Source: Clostridia bacterium (GTDB lineage: Bacteria; Bacillota; Clostridia; Oscillospirales; QAMX01). From it: DNA of 32,000 bases. Position numbers and translations under genes: made by a program. Below the pieces are notes generated by a model, which worked only from the letters and a program-made list of their open reading frames with translations, had not been told where the DNA came from and did not search any database. Location: NCBI GenBank assembly GCA_017532825.1, contig JAFXIT010000010.1:21916-53915 (forward strand), in the 5' to 3' direction. Shown piece after piece: positions 16,477 to 26,230 of this stretch (the first letter of the stretch is position 1; every line of letters starts with the position of its first letter).

Positions 16477-17676
16477 TCATTCATCTTTACACTCAGGTGA
16501 TGTATCTCGGTCAACCTTAACGCTATGCTTACGTTTCAGCTTCGCCAACATGACTGCAACAAGTCTGAATACAAGCGGCTTTTTCCGTTGCTTCGGTCCC
16601 GGACCGGCAATGGGAAGCTGTGACGCCTCCGAAATGCTTCCGTTACTGTCTATAGAACGGTAAAGGTCACGTATCTCTATGCACAGAACCTTGACAAGTC
16701 CTGCCACGGGTACCGATATGAACATACCGAAGAACCCGAAAAGTCTGTTGCAGGCAAGCAGGGAGAATATTATGGCAATGGGATGGATATTTATAGCGTT
16801 GCCCTGCACCTTGGGAGAGATGATATTACCCTCAAGCTGCTGTATGACAAGGAAGAATATAAGCACTCCGACCGCAGTCCCGAATCCGTTTGTAAGCAGA
16901 GCACTCAAGCAGGCGATAACGCCTGCGGCGATCGAGCCGAAGTATGGAATAAAGTTGAAAAAGAAGGTGATTATTGCAAGCAACAGTGCGTATTCCAGTC
17001 CGAAGCAGAGGAATCCGATAAGCGCCACGCAAAACAGAATAAAGGATATCAGTACGCTTGCCTTTACGTACTTCCAAACTATCTCGTCAAGCTCGGTGGC
17101 TATGCGGCGGATACGGAACCGTATCGTTTGGGGAAAGAGCGACTCAAAGGCACGGTAGATATTCCTTCCGTCCAGAAGAAGGTAGAAGGTAAGGCAGAGG
17201 AAAATTACCACGTCAAGGATCTTAAGGGATGCGGCAAGGATCGATTTTCCGAGATCAAGAACTACCGAAATAACGAAGTTACCCAGCTTTTCCGACAGGC
17301 TTCCGATCATTTCGGCAAGCTCGGGAGGAAGGTTGAGCTCTTGAGCCTTAAGTGTCAGATCGTCTACGTATTCTATAATGACGTCAATGTAGTCGTTTAT
17401 ATTGACCGTTACCGAGGCGATCTGATTATATAACTGAGGCAGAAGCAGCATCATAAGCAAGCCTAAAACGGCTATCACGCCGATAAAGGTGATGATAGTC
17501 GGCAGTATTCGCTTTTCAAGCCTCATCTTCTGCTGGATAAAGTCGGTGATCGGCGAAAGCAAAAACGCAACCAGTCCCGCACCGACAAAGAGTGTGACGA
17601 TGTCGCCGAAGAACCACGCACAAGCCACCAGCACGATCAGGCATATCGTGATTATCCACAGCTTTATAGATGCCAA
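16477..17676 (-). CDS. AI-2E family transporter (PerM/UPF0118)
   Basis: 399 aa polytopic membrane protein with the organisation and conserved central region typical of AI-2E/PerM proteins (FIPYFGSIAAG..., QQLEGNIISPKVQG). TTG start. Confidence 0.85.
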   Translation of the reverse strand: MASIKLWIITICLIVLVACAWFFGDIVTLFVGAGLVAFLLSPITDFIQQKMRLEKRILPTIITFIGVIAVLGLLMMLLLPQLYNQIASVTVNINDYIDVIIEYVDDLTLKAQELNLPPELAEMIGSLSEKLGNFVISVVLDLGKSILAASLKILDVVIFLCLTFYLLLDGRNIYRAFESLFPQTIRFRIRRIATELDEIVWKYVKASVLISFILFCVALIGFLCFGLEYALLLAIITFFFNFIPYFGSIAAGVIACLSALLTNGFGTAVGVLIFFLVIQQLEGNIISPKVQGNAINIHPIAIIFSLLACNRLFGFFGMFISVPVAGLVKVLCIEIRDLYRSIDSNGSISEASQLPIAGPGPKQRKKPLVFRLVAVMLAKLKRKHSVKVDRDTSPECKDE

Positions 17677-17694
17677 GAAACCTCACCCGATCCT

Positions 17695-17916
17695 TTATTG
17701 CAGTAATATCTCAAACGGATTTTTCACCGTCTTGATCTTCTGTTTTTCGCTGTCAGGGTCCAGTATGTACCCTCCGTCGGCAGCAAGCTTTATCACACTG
17801 CCCTTAATGGCTCCGTCGGGAAGCTCCGAAACGGAGATCATCACCCGTTCCCCACCGCATTTTGCTATGGCGAAGCATCCCTCAAAGCCGTCTATTCTGT
17901 ATTTTTGGCCGTCCAT
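17695..17916 (-). CDS. DUF3006-like small protein
   Basis: 73 aa. The pattern RIDGFEGCFAI...SELPDGAIKGSVI...YILDPD matches what I remember of DUF3006 (xDRiEgdxAVlE...LPxgakEGdvl...iD). It lies 18 nt upstream of the AI-2E gene. Confidence 0.65.
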   Translation of the reverse strand: MDGQKYRIDGFEGCFAIAKCGGERVMISVSELPDGAIKGSVIKLAADGGYILDPDSEKQKIKTVKNPFEILLQ

Positions 17917-17976
17917 TTTTATTTATCCGTAAGGCGCCCTTTCCGAGCGCTCCTCTTTCAGTAATCTATATATGAA

Positions 17977-18005
17977 ATTATATATCAATCAAACCGCAAT
18001 GTCAA
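17977..18005 (-). promoter_or_regulatory. Consensus sigma-A promoter for DUF3006/AI-2E operon
   Basis: Minus strand: TTGACA (18005-18000), exactly 17 nt, TATAAT (17982-17977). Confidence 0.65.
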
Positions 18006-18026
18006 TAAAACATATGAACTTTATCC

Positions 18027-18056
18027 TTGCGGCAGAGATATTTTTTTGATATAATA
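18027..18056 (+). promoter_or_regulatory. Promoter for ruvCAB
   Basis: TTGCGG (18027-18032), 18 nt spacer, TGATATAAT extended -10 (18048-18056). It is about 30 nt upstream of the ruvC start. Confidence 0.55.
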
Positions 18057-18085
18057 GTTATAGCTTGGGAAAGGAGATGACAGGT

Positions 18086-18562
18086 ATGACCATACTCGGG
18101 ATTGACCCCGGTATAGGTATCGTAGGCTACGGGCTTATAAACGCCGTGCGCAGACGTATCTCTCCCATCGCCCACGGTGTCATCACCACACCCAAGGAAA
18201 ACTCCGTTCCCTCACGCTTGTTGGAGATACGCCGCGATCTTTGCGACATCATTGAAAAATTCCACCCCGATGCGGCGGCGATAGAGGAGCTTTTTTACAA
18301 AAGCAACCAAAAGACGGTCATTCCCGTTGCCGAGGCCAGAGGGGTCATAGTGATGACGCTTGAGGAGCACGGCATCCCGATATACGAATACACCCCCCTT
18401 CAGGCAAAAATGAGCCTTACCGGCTACGGTCGGGCCGAGAAAAAGCAGATGATGGAGATGACCCGCATCCGTCTGGGGCTTGAAAGCGTCCCCCGTCCCG
18501 ACGACGCTGCGGACGCACTCGCAATAGCCCTCTGCCACGCCTGTACGGCAGGACTTGGTTGA
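18086..18562 (+). CDS. ruvC: Crossover junction endodeoxyribonuclease RuvC
   Basis: MTILGIDPG (catalytic Asp), AIEELF (Glu), DAADALAIALCHA. Start set at ATG 18086, 9 nt after AAGGAG. The ORF-track start at 18065 and the ATG at 18077 sit too close to, or upstream of, the SD. Confidence 0.9.
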   Translation: MTILGIDPGIGIVGYGLINAVRRRISPIAHGVITTPKENSVPSRLLEIRRDLCDIIEKFHPDAAAIEELFYKSNQKTVIPVAEARGVIVMTLEEHGIPIYEYTPLQAKMSLTGYGRAEKKQMMEMTRIRLGLESVPRPDDAADALAIALCHACTAGLG

Positions 18563-18578
18563 TAAGGAGAATAGCTTT

Positions 18579-19175
18579 ATGTTTTACTACATTGAAGGAA
18601 CCGTCACCGTTGCCCAGCCCGGACTCTTGGTGCTCGACTGCGGCGGCGTCGGATACGAGCTGCACGTTTCGGCAAACACCCTTGCCTCGGCCGTACGAGG
18701 AGCGAAATTCAAGGCGTATACCTACGTAAACGTCCGTGAGGACACCTTTGAGCTCTACGGCTTCTCTACCCTCTCGGAAAAGAGCTGCTTTACCATGCTC
18801 ACCGAGGTGTCGGGTGTGGGGCCCAAGGCTGCAATGAGCATTCTCTCGGGTGTGACCCCCGACCAGCTGGCGCTTGGCATAATCAGCGGCGACGAAAAGA
18901 TGCTCACCTCGGCACCCGGCATAGGAAAAAAGCTTGCCCAGCGTGTCATCCTCGAGCTCAAGGACAAGCTTGCAAAATCCCTGCCCGACATTGCCATGCC
19001 TCAGGGCTCTCCCGCTACCTATGTATCAAATGCAGGCTCGGCTGCAGAGGCGGTAGGCGCACTGATGGTGCTCGGCTACAGCCGTGCCGAGGCCGAAAAG
19101 GCCGTCTCGGCCGTCGGAGGTGAGGCGCTGTCGGTCGAGGAGACGGTCAGACGTGCCCTCAAGGCCATCGGTTAA
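18579..19175 (+). CDS. ruvA: Holliday junction branch migration complex subunit RuvA
   Basis: MFYYIEGTV N-terminus. Helix-hairpin-helix motifs VSGVGPKAA and APGIGKKLAQRV. Domain III LGYSRAEAEKAV. ATG at 18579 follows AAGGAGA. Confidence 0.9.
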   Translation: MFYYIEGTVTVAQPGLLVLDCGGVGYELHVSANTLASAVRGAKFKAYTYVNVREDTFELYGFSTLSEKSCFTMLTEVSGVGPKAAMSILSGVTPDQLALGIISGDEKMLTSAPGIGKKLAQRVILELKDKLAKSLPDIAMPQGSPATYVSNAGSAAEAVGALMVLGYSRAEAEKAVSAVGGEALSVEETVRRALKAIG

Positions 19176-19209
19176 GGGATCATTTAACAAATTCAGGGAG
19201 GCGTGATCT

Positions 19210-20253
19210 GTGGCGATATCCTTTGAAAGCGATATGGAATACGGCGGAAGGGTGCTTATGCCCCAGGAGTCGCAGGAAGATACCTACGTGGAAAACAAGC
19301 TCCGTCCCCGTTCGTTAAACGAATATCTGGGGCAGGAAAAAATAAAGGAGAACCTTTCGGTGTTCATAGACGCCGCAAGGCTTCGTTCCGAGCCGCTTGA
19401 CCACGTGCTTCTCTACGGCCCTCCTGGACTCGGAAAGACCACCCTTGCGGGCGTTATAGCCAACGAGATGGGTGTCAACATCCGTGTCACCTCGGGCCCT
19501 GCCATAGAAAAGGCAGGCGACCTTGCTACCCTTCTTTCAAAGCTGGAGGAAAACGATATCCTCTTTATAGACGAGATACACCGCCTCAACCGTTCGGTCG
19601 AGGAGATCCTCTACCCCGCCATGGAGGACTACGTCCTGGACATAATCACCGGCAAGGGTATGGGAGCAAGCTCCATACGCATTCCGCTCCAGCATTTTAC
19701 CCTTATAGGAGCAACCACACGTGCAGGCCAGCTTACAAGCCCTCTCCGCGACCGATTCGGAGTGATGTTAAGGCTTGAGCTTTACACCGATACCGAGCTG
19801 ATGCAGATCATAAAGCGCAGTGCTGCAATACTCGCAATACCCATTGATGACGGCGGCGCCCTTGAGATTGCCAGACGCTCCAGAGGCACCCCGCGTATTG
19901 CCAACCGCCTGCTCCGCCGTGTGCGTGATTTCGCACAGGTACGTGCGGCAGGTATCATAACAAAAGCGGCGGCGGACGACGCTCTTAAGGCTCTTGAGAT
20001 AGACGCCCTCGGTCTGGATTCGGTAGACAGACGGATGCTTTCGAGCATCATAACCGGCTTTGGCGGCGGCCCGGTCGGCCTTGAGACCCTTGCGGCGATG
20101 ATCGGCGAGGAGGCCGTCACCCTTGAGGACGTTTACGAGCCCTACCTTATGCAGATAGGATTTCTCAACCGCACTCCCCGCGGACGCTGTGCCACAGCCG
20201 CCGCCTACAAACACCTGGGGCTTACAATGCCCGGACAGCAGACCCTCGATTAA
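19210..20253 (+). CDS. ruvB: Holliday junction branch migration DNA helicase RuvB
   Basis: Walker [12 protein letters not shown], Walker [29 protein letters not shown] start 8 nt after GGGAGG. Confidence 0.95.
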   Translation: MAISFESDMEYGGRVLMPQESQEDTYVENKLRPRSLNEYLGQEKIKENLSVFIDAARLRSEPLDHVLLYGPPGLGKTTLAGVIANEMGVNIRVTSGPAIEKAGDLATLLSKLEENDILFIDEIHRLNRSVEEILYPAMEDYVLDIITGKGMGASSIRIPLQHFTLIGATTRAGQLTSPLRDRFGVMLRLELYTDTELMQIIKRSAAILAIPIDDGGALEIARRSRGTPRIANRLLRRVRDFAQVRAAGIITKAAADDALKALEIDALGLDSVDRRMLSSIITGFGGGPVGLETLAAMIGEEAVTLEDVYEPYLMQIGFLNRTPRGRCATAAAYKHLGLTMPGQQTLD

Positions 20254-20267
20254 AAGGAAGTTACAGC

Positions 20268-20813
20268 ATGAATTCAAACAAAAAACTGATCCGATACACC
20301 ACCAGAGTACTTGTCTTTTCGGCACTTCTCATCGCACTTGACATTATATTCACCCGTTTTTTGAGGTATGAGGTATACCCCTACGAGCGGCTCAGCCTGC
20401 AGTTTGTCTCCCACGCTATGTCGGGAATACTCTTCGGGCCGATCATCGCTGCGATAAACTGTATTGCGGGAGATCTTCTGGGAATGGTAGCAAACAGCGG
20501 CGGACTCTCCCTCAATCCTCTTATAACCGGCGTCGCCGCAATGCGGGGACTGCTTTACGGTCTTTTGCTCAAGGGCGGTTCAAAGAGCTTCTGGCGCTTT
20601 CTCCTTGCCATAGGAGTTGTAACGGTCGTCTGTGATCTTGCGGCAAACAGCTTTATAATGTCGGGATTTTTCAACATCCCCGCACACACTGTATTTTTGA
20701 CCAAGCTCCCCGTCAGGCTCATAGCCACCCCGCTGTATGCACTGCTGATGTTTGCGCTTTGGCAGCAGCTTGACAAAACGAGGGTATTCGACGGACTTAC
20801 AAAGCGTAAATAA
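20268..20813 (+). CDS. ECF-transporter substrate-specific (S) component, folate-family-like
   Basis: 181 aa with about 5-6 TM segments. Its size and the pattern SLQFVSHAMSGILFGPIIAAINCIAGDLLG resemble FolT-type S components. It lies 14 nt after ruvB. The specificity assignment is tentative. Confidence 0.55.
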   Translation: MNSNKKLIRYTTRVLVFSALLIALDIIFTRFLRYEVYPYERLSLQFVSHAMSGILFGPIIAAINCIAGDLLGMVANSGGLSLNPLITGVAAMRGLLYGLLLKGGSKSFWRFLLAIGVVTVVCDLAANSFIMSGFFNIPAHTVFLTKLPVRLIATPLYALLMFALWQQLDKTRVFDGLTKRK

Positions 20814-20915
20814 CAAGTCCCGTACATACAACATTTTTGTTGAAAAATGCTATCCCCAAACCAAGGAAAAAATGGTATCATATATAGTTGAGATAAGAGA
20901 CGGAGGAACAGCATA

Positions 20916-23900
20916 ATGCCTAAGGACACATCGATCAAAAAGGTACTCATCATCGGCTCCGGCCCGATAATCATCGGCCAGGCCTGTGAATTCGACTATT
21001 CCGGCACCCAGGCCTGCAAGGCTCTTAAAAGTCTCGGCTATGAGGTGGTGCTGGTAAATTCCAATCCCGCAACCATTATGACCGACCCGGGTATTGCTGA
21101 CCAAACATATATCGAGCCACTCAACGTCGCAAGGCTCGAGGAAATAATCTCTATCGAGCGTCCCGATGCCCTTTTACCCAACCTTGGCGGCCAGTCGGGA
21201 CTCAATCTTTGCTCGGAGCTTTACGAGCAGGGCATTCTCGACAGATATGACGTCAGAGTTATCGGTGTAAAGGTAGATGCTATACAGCGTGGCGAGGACC
21301 GTATAGAGTTCAAAAACGCTATGAACTCCATCGGGATCGATATGCCCCGCAGCGAACCCGCATACAGCGTTGAAGAGGCCGAGGCCATTGCCGATCAGTT
21401 AGGTTATCCCGTTGTCATCCGTCCCGCCTACACCATGGGCGGTACCGGCGGCGGCATAGTAAAGGACGTCGACGAGCTTCGCAGCGTTTCCTCGAGAGGC
21501 ATTGCCGCCTCTATGGTCGGTCAGATACTCGTTGAGGAGTGTCTTATCGGTTGGGAAGAGCTCGAGCTTGAGGTCGTCCGCGACGCAACCGGCAGGATGA
21601 TAACCGTCTGCTTTATCGAAAACATCGATCCCCTGGGAGTCCACACCGGCGACTCCTTCTGTGCCGCACCCATGCTTACCATATCCAAGGAGCTTCAGGA
21701 GCGTCTGCAGAAATACGCCTACGCCATCGTCGAGTCCATCGGCGTTGTCGGCGGCACTAACGTCCAGTTTGCCCACGACCCGGTCTCCGACCGTGTCGTC
21801 ATCATAGAGATCAACCCCCGTACCTCCCGTTCCAGCGCCCTCGCCTCCAAGGCCACCGGCTTCCCCATAGCCTACGTTTCGGCACTGCTTGCGGCAGGTC
21901 TTACCCTCTCTGAGCTTCCCTACTACGCAGGCAGGTCGCTTGCAGACTACACCCCCAAGGGCGACTACGTAGTGGTCAAGTTCTCCCGTTGGGCCTTTGA
22001 GAAGTTCCGCGGCTCGATCGACAAGCTCGGCACCCAGATGCGTGCGGTCGGCGAGGTCATGAGCATAGGTAAGACCTATAAGGAAGCCTTCCATAAGGCC
22101 ATCCGCTCCCTTGAAAACGGCCGTTACGGTCTCGGATATGCCAAAAACTTCGGCGAGATGACCGCCGAGGAGCTTATAGAAAAACTTTCCGATCCTACCA
22201 GTGAGCGTCAGTTTATAATGTACGAGGCCCTCAGAAAGGGCGTAAGCGTCGAAAAGCTTTGGGAGCTTACCAAGATCAAGCGTTGGTTCATTGAACAGAT
22301 GAAGGAGCTTGTCGACGAGGAGCAGGAGCTGCTTAAATACCGCGGGACCCTGCCTCCCGCAGACCTTTTCGAAAAGGTCAAGCTCGACGGCTTTGCAGAC
22401 CGTTACATTGCAAAGCTGCTTGGTCTGCACGATTCCCAGGTATTTGACTACCGTGACAGCCTCGGCATCTGCAAGAAGTTTGAGGGAGTACCGGTAAGCG
22501 GTGTTCCCGCAGGCTCCTACTACTATTATTCCACCTACCACAAGATTGACCCCGCTCTGTCGCTCGACTCTACCCTTTCCGACTCGGGCAAGAAAAAGGT
22601 CATGGTCCTCGGCGGCGGTCCCAACCGTATCGGCCAGGGCATAGAATTCGACTACTGCTGTGTGCACGCCGTCAACGCCCTCAAGGCGATGGGTTACGAG
22701 ACGGTCATGGTAAACTGCAACCCCGAGACCGTATCGACCGACTACGATACCGCCGACAGGCTTTTCTTTGAGCCGCTGACGGTCGAGGACGTCCTTGCAA
22801 TATACAAATACGAATCCCCCCTCGGTGTCATCGTATCCTTCGGAGGACAGACCCCTCTCAACATCGCCACAAGGCTCAAGGAGCTCGGAGTACGCATACT
22901 CGGCACTCCCCCTGAGGTCATAGATACCGCAGAAGACCGTGACCTTTTCCGTCAGATGATGGAAAAGCTCGAGATACCCATGCCCGAAAGCGGCATGGCC
23001 GTCACCGTCGACGAGGCGCTTGCCATCTCCAAGCAGATAGGCTATCCGCTGATGGTCCGCCCCTCCTTCGTCCTTGGCGGACGGGGTATGGAGGTCGTCC
23101 ACAACGATGCGATGCTCCGCACCTACATGGAAGCCGCCGTCGGTGTCACTCCCGAGAGACCTATACTCATCGACCGCTTCCTCTCCAACGCTACCGAATG
23201 CGAGGCCGACGCCATCTCCGACGGTGTTTCGGCATTCGTTCCTGCTGTGATGCAGCACATTGAGCTGGCCGGCATACATTCAGGAGACTCCGCCTGCGTT
23301 ATTCCTTCCACCGATATTCCCGCCGAGCTGTTAAAGACCATATACGACTACACCGAGCGCATTGCCTGCGAGCTTGGCGTATGCGGCGTTATGAACATCC
23401 AGTACGCCATAGAAAACGGTAAGGTCTACGTCATCGAAGCAAATCCCCGTGCCAGCCGTACCGTACCGCTTGTATCCAAGGTCACCGGCTTCTCTATGAT
23501 ACCCGCCGCCACAAAGGTCATGATGGCCGAGTTTACCGGCGAAAAGCTCGACTTTTCCACCCTCAAGCGTGAGGAAAAGAGCTACTTCGGCGTCAAAGAA
23601 GCCGTCTTCCCCTTCAATATGTTCCAGGAAGTCGACCCCATCCTCGGCCCCGAAATGCGCTCCACCGGTGAGGTCCTCGGTATTGCCGAGACCTTCGGCC
23701 TTGCCTACGCCAGAGCACAGGAAGCCACCCAGACACCCCTTCCCCTTTCGGGATGTGTGCTTATGAGTGTCAGCGACAACGACAAGCCTGCCGCCGTGGA
23801 CATCGCAAAGACCCTCATTTCATGCGGATTCTCCATCAAGACCACCATCGGCACGGGCAAGTATCTGCGAGAGCACGGCATTGAGCCCGAGATCGTCCCC

Positions 23901-24158
23901 GCCTACGGCGACTATAACGACGCCATGATCGAGGAGATCACCTCCGGACGGGTCGATATTCTCATAGACACCCCCTCGGGCAAGTCGGGCAAGAGCCACG
24001 GTGCACAGATGCGCCGCGCCGCCATCAAGTCCAAGATTCCCTACATAACCACTATTGTGGCGGCCGCAGCTGCTGCCGTAGGTATCAAGGAATGCATCCA
24101 ATACCCCGACAAGGCAAAGGCAGTCTGCTCACTGCAGAAGTATCACGGAATCAAGTAA
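20916..24158 (+). CDS. carB: Carbamoyl-phosphate synthase large subunit
   Basis: 1080 aa. Duplicated ATP-grasp halves (KVLIIGSGPIIIGQACEFDYSGTQA and KVMVLGGGPNRIGQGIEFDYCCVHA), IEINPRTSRSSALASKATG / IEANPRASRTVPLVSKVTG, and a C-terminal MGS-like domain. Confidence 0.95.
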   Translation: MPKDTSIKKVLIIGSGPIIIGQACEFDYSGTQACKALKSLGYEVVLVNSNPATIMTDPGIADQTYIEPLNVARLEEIISIERPDALLPNLGGQSGLNLCSELYEQGILDRYDVRVIGVKVDAIQRGEDRIEFKNAMNSIGIDMPRSEPAYSVEEAEAIADQLGYPVVIRPAYTMGGTGGGIVKDVDELRSVSSRGIAASMVGQILVEECLIGWEELELEVVRDATGRMITVCFIENIDPLGVHTGDSFCAAPMLTISKELQERLQKYAYAIVESIGVVGGTNVQFAHDPVSDRVVIIEINPRTSRSSALASKATGFPIAYVSALLAAGLTLSELPYYAGRSLADYTPKGDYVVVKFSRWAFEKFRGSIDKLGTQMRAVGEVMSIGKTYKEAFHKAIRSLENGRYGLGYAKNFGEMTAEELIEKLSDPTSERQFIMYEALRKGVSVEKLWELTKIKRWFIEQMKELVDEEQELLKYRGTLPPADLFEKVKLDGFADRYIAKLLGLHDSQVFDYRDSLGICKKFEGVPVSGVPAGSYYYYSTYHKIDPALSLDSTLSDSGKKKVMVLGGGPNRIGQGIEFDYCCVHAVNALKAMGYETVMVNCNPETVSTDYDTADRLFFEPLTVEDVLAIYKYESPLGVIVSFGGQTPLNIATRLKELGVRILGTPPEVIDTAEDRDLFRQMMEKLEIPMPESGMAVTVDEALAISKQIGYPLMVRPSFVLGGRGMEVVHNDAMLRTYMEAAVGVTPERPILIDRFLSNATECEADAISDGVSAFVPAVMQHIELAGIHSGDSACVIPSTDIPAELLKTIYDYTERIACELGVCGVMNIQYAIENGKVYVIEANPRASRTVPLVSKVTGFSMIPAATKVMMAEFTGEKLDFSTLKREEKSYFGVKEAVFPFNMFQEVDPILGPEMRSTGEVLGIAETFGLAYARAQEATQTPLPLSGCVLMSVSDNDKPAAVDIAKTLISCGFSIKTTIGTGKYLREHGIEPEIVPAYGDYNDAMIEEITSGRVDILIDTPSGKSGKSHGAQMRRAAIKSKIPYITTIVAAAAAAVGIKECIQYPDKAKAVCSLQKYHGIK

Positions 24159-24178
24159 TTCCGCCGCAACCGAATATG

Positions 24179-24224
24179 ACCCCCTTAGAGATTCGCTCCT
24201 AACATCGGGTGTATCCTAAGGGGT
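24179..24224 (+). terminator. Possible terminator after carB (long-loop hairpin)
   Basis: ACCCCCTTAG...CTAAGGGGT stem, extendable with bulges, followed by TATATTTAT. The loop is unusually long, so confidence is modest. Confidence 0.4.
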
Positions 24225-24269
24225 TATATTTATGGACGCACTATTACCTTTGGAAAGGTCAGAAGTAAA

Positions 24270-25499
24270 ATGGCTTCAAGCAACTATTCAAAGACAAGGC
24301 GGGCCTGCTACTATGCATATCTCGCAATGGCATCCATCTTCGTGCTTCCGCCGATGCTGTTTATCACCTTCCACGATATGTACGGCATCTCTTATACCCT
24401 GCTTGGAACGCTGGTGCTGATAAGCTTCTGCACCCAGCTCTCCATCGACCTTATCTTTTCCTTCCTTGCACGCTTCTTCAACACCCGTCTTACCATCCGT
24501 CTGATGCCGATGCTGACCAGCACGGGCCTTATAATATACGCCCTTCTGCCCACGCTATGGCCTCAGCAGGCCTACCTTTGGCTTGTGATGGGTACGGTCG
24601 TATTTGCCCTTGCGGCAGGTCTTTGCGAGGTACTGCTAAGCCCCCTTATTGCCTCTCTTCCCTCCGAGCACCCCGAAAAGGATATGAGCATGCTCCACTC
24701 CCTTTACGGTTGGGGGGTAGTCTGCTCGGTGGCAATAAGCTCGATCTACTTTTACATCTTCGGCACCGAAAACTGGGCCTATCTTGCACTCTTCTTTGCC
24801 ATCTTCCCGCTTATAGCATCCTTCCTCTTTTTCACGTCTCCCATACCCGTTATGGAAATTTCATCCTCCCAAAAGGGCTCCGGCGGCAAGGGTAGGATGC
24901 TTGCGCTGTGCGTGCTTTGCATATTCCTCGGCAGTGCGGCTGAAAATACGATGACCAACTGGATCTCGGGATTTATGGAAAATGCACTGAACATCCCCAA
25001 GGCTATCGGTGACGTCGCAGGTCTTGCGGTGTTTGCATTGCTTTTGGCTATGAGCCGTGTGCTCTACGCCAAATACTCCCCCAGTATATCCAAGACACTT
25101 CTTATCAGCATGATAGGCGCTGCGGTTTGCTACCTCGTGGCAGGCACGTCGGGCGTAGTGCTTTCATTCATTGCCTGCATACTGATGGGTATATTTACCT
25201 CCATGCTCTGGCCGGGTACGCTGATACTTATGGAGCAGAAGATCCCCTCCCCCGGCGTTGCCGCCTACGCATTGATGGCGGCGGGCGGAGACCTCGGTGC
25301 TTCGGTCGCGCCTCAGCTGTTGGGTATTGTGGTAGACAAGGTCTCGGTAAGCAGATTTGCACTCGAGCTGAGTCAGACCTCCTCGGTTACCCCCGAAGAG
25401 ATCGGATTGAAGGTCGGAATGCTTATTGCGGCGATCTTCCCCATCATAGGCACACTGTTGGTGATATACATAATCAAGCGTTCCAAAAAAGAGAAATAA
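24270..25499 (+). CDS. MFS transporter
   Basis: 409 aa with about 12 predicted TM helices in two halves separated by a short loop (SSSQKGSGGKGR). No substrate can be inferred. Confidence 0.8.
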   Translation: MASSNYSKTRRACYYAYLAMASIFVLPPMLFITFHDMYGISYTLLGTLVLISFCTQLSIDLIFSFLARFFNTRLTIRLMPMLTSTGLIIYALLPTLWPQQAYLWLVMGTVVFALAAGLCEVLLSPLIASLPSEHPEKDMSMLHSLYGWGVVCSVAISSIYFYIFGTENWAYLALFFAIFPLIASFLFFTSPIPVMEISSSQKGSGGKGRMLALCVLCIFLGSAAENTMTNWISGFMENALNIPKAIGDVAGLAVFALLLAMSRVLYAKYSPSISKTLLISMIGAAVCYLVAGTSGVVLSFIACILMGIFTSMLWPGTLILMEQKIPSPGVAAYALMAAGGDLGASVAPQLLGIVVDKVSVSRFALELSQTSSVTPEEIGLKVGMLIAAIFPIIGTLLVIYIIKRSKKEK

Positions 25500-25502
25500 A
25501 AG

Positions 25503-25534
25503 AACGGTGCGGATGCAAAGTCCGCACCGTTTTT
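25503..25534 (+). terminator. Intrinsic terminator after MFS gene
   Basis: AACGGTGCGGA-tgcaaag-TCCGCACCGTT is a perfect 11-bp stem, followed by TTTTTG. Confidence 0.9.
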
Positions 25535-25623
25535 GTCACTGCGTATATTTATCTGCCGCTTGTGAAGTACTGTCCGAGCCGTCCCCGGCATATACTTCCT
25601 TATAAAAAAGGTGGGTGAATTAT

Positions 25624-26148
25624 ATGAAGCTGTCTATGGATCTTTGGCAGTGGCTTGGCTTTGGCGTGACAACGTTCGGAGGAACAATACTTCATTTTCT
25701 CTACGATTGGCTCGGAAACGCAGTATGGATAGCCCCATTTTCGGGTGTAAACGAGTCGACCTGGGAGCACATGAAGCTTTTGTTCTGGCCGATGTTTATT
25801 TTTGCGACCGTGCAGAGCTTCTTTTTCAAGGACCGCAAGGAGTTTTGGACTGTCAAGCTACGCGGCATCCTGCTTGGAATCACTCTTATACCCGTCATCT
25901 TCTACGTATATAACGGCGTTATCGGCAGATCACCCGACTGGCTGAACATTGCCATCTTCTTTATCTCGGCCGCAGCTGCATATCTTTACGAAACACGGCT
26001 GTTTAAATCCGACTCCTTTCGGCCTCGCTCTCCGAGGGTAGCATTTGTCGCACTCTGTATCATCGCCCTTCTTTTTGTCGTTTTTACCTTTGCGACACCC
26101 AAACTCAGGATTTTTATGGACCCGCTTACCGGTACATACGGAATATAA
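25624..26148 (+). CDS. DUF6512-like integral membrane protein
   Basis: About 174 aa and about 5 TM segments. The motif GVNESTWEHMKLLFWP is what I recall for the DUF6512 family. Start set at ATG 25624, about 10 nt after AAAGGTGG. The track start GTG 25615 abuts the SD. Confidence 0.6.
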   Translation: MKLSMDLWQWLGFGVTTFGGTILHFLYDWLGNAVWIAPFSGVNESTWEHMKLLFWPMFIFATVQSFFFKDRKEFWTVKLRGILLGITLIPVIFYVYNGVIGRSPDWLNIAIFFISAAAAYLYETRLFKSDSFRPRSPRVAFVALCIIALLFVVFTFATPKLRIFMDPLTGTYGI

Positions 26149-26150
26149 GA

Positions 26151-26178
26151 TTGATAAAAAGCCAAAATATGATATAAT
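26151..26178 (+). promoter_or_regulatory. Near-consensus sigma-A promoter for the Y-family polymerase cassette
   Basis: TTGATA (26151-26156), 16 nt spacer, TGATATAAT extended -10 (TATAAT 26173-26178). It begins 3 nt after the DUF6512 stop. Confidence 0.65.
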
Positions 26179-26230
26179 AATCGGTGTACGGTAACAGAAT
26201 GTATCTATGTTGAAGGGAGGCTGCGAGCAG

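Noticed and set aside
26179-26230. Possible LexA (Cheo) box upstream of the Y-family polymerase (GTAACAGAATGTAT).
   Set aside because: It does not fit GAAC-N4-GTTC. Only the AAC of the left half matches, and there is no GTTC half-site. I report the absence rather than a site. A PWM scan would be needed to be definitive.
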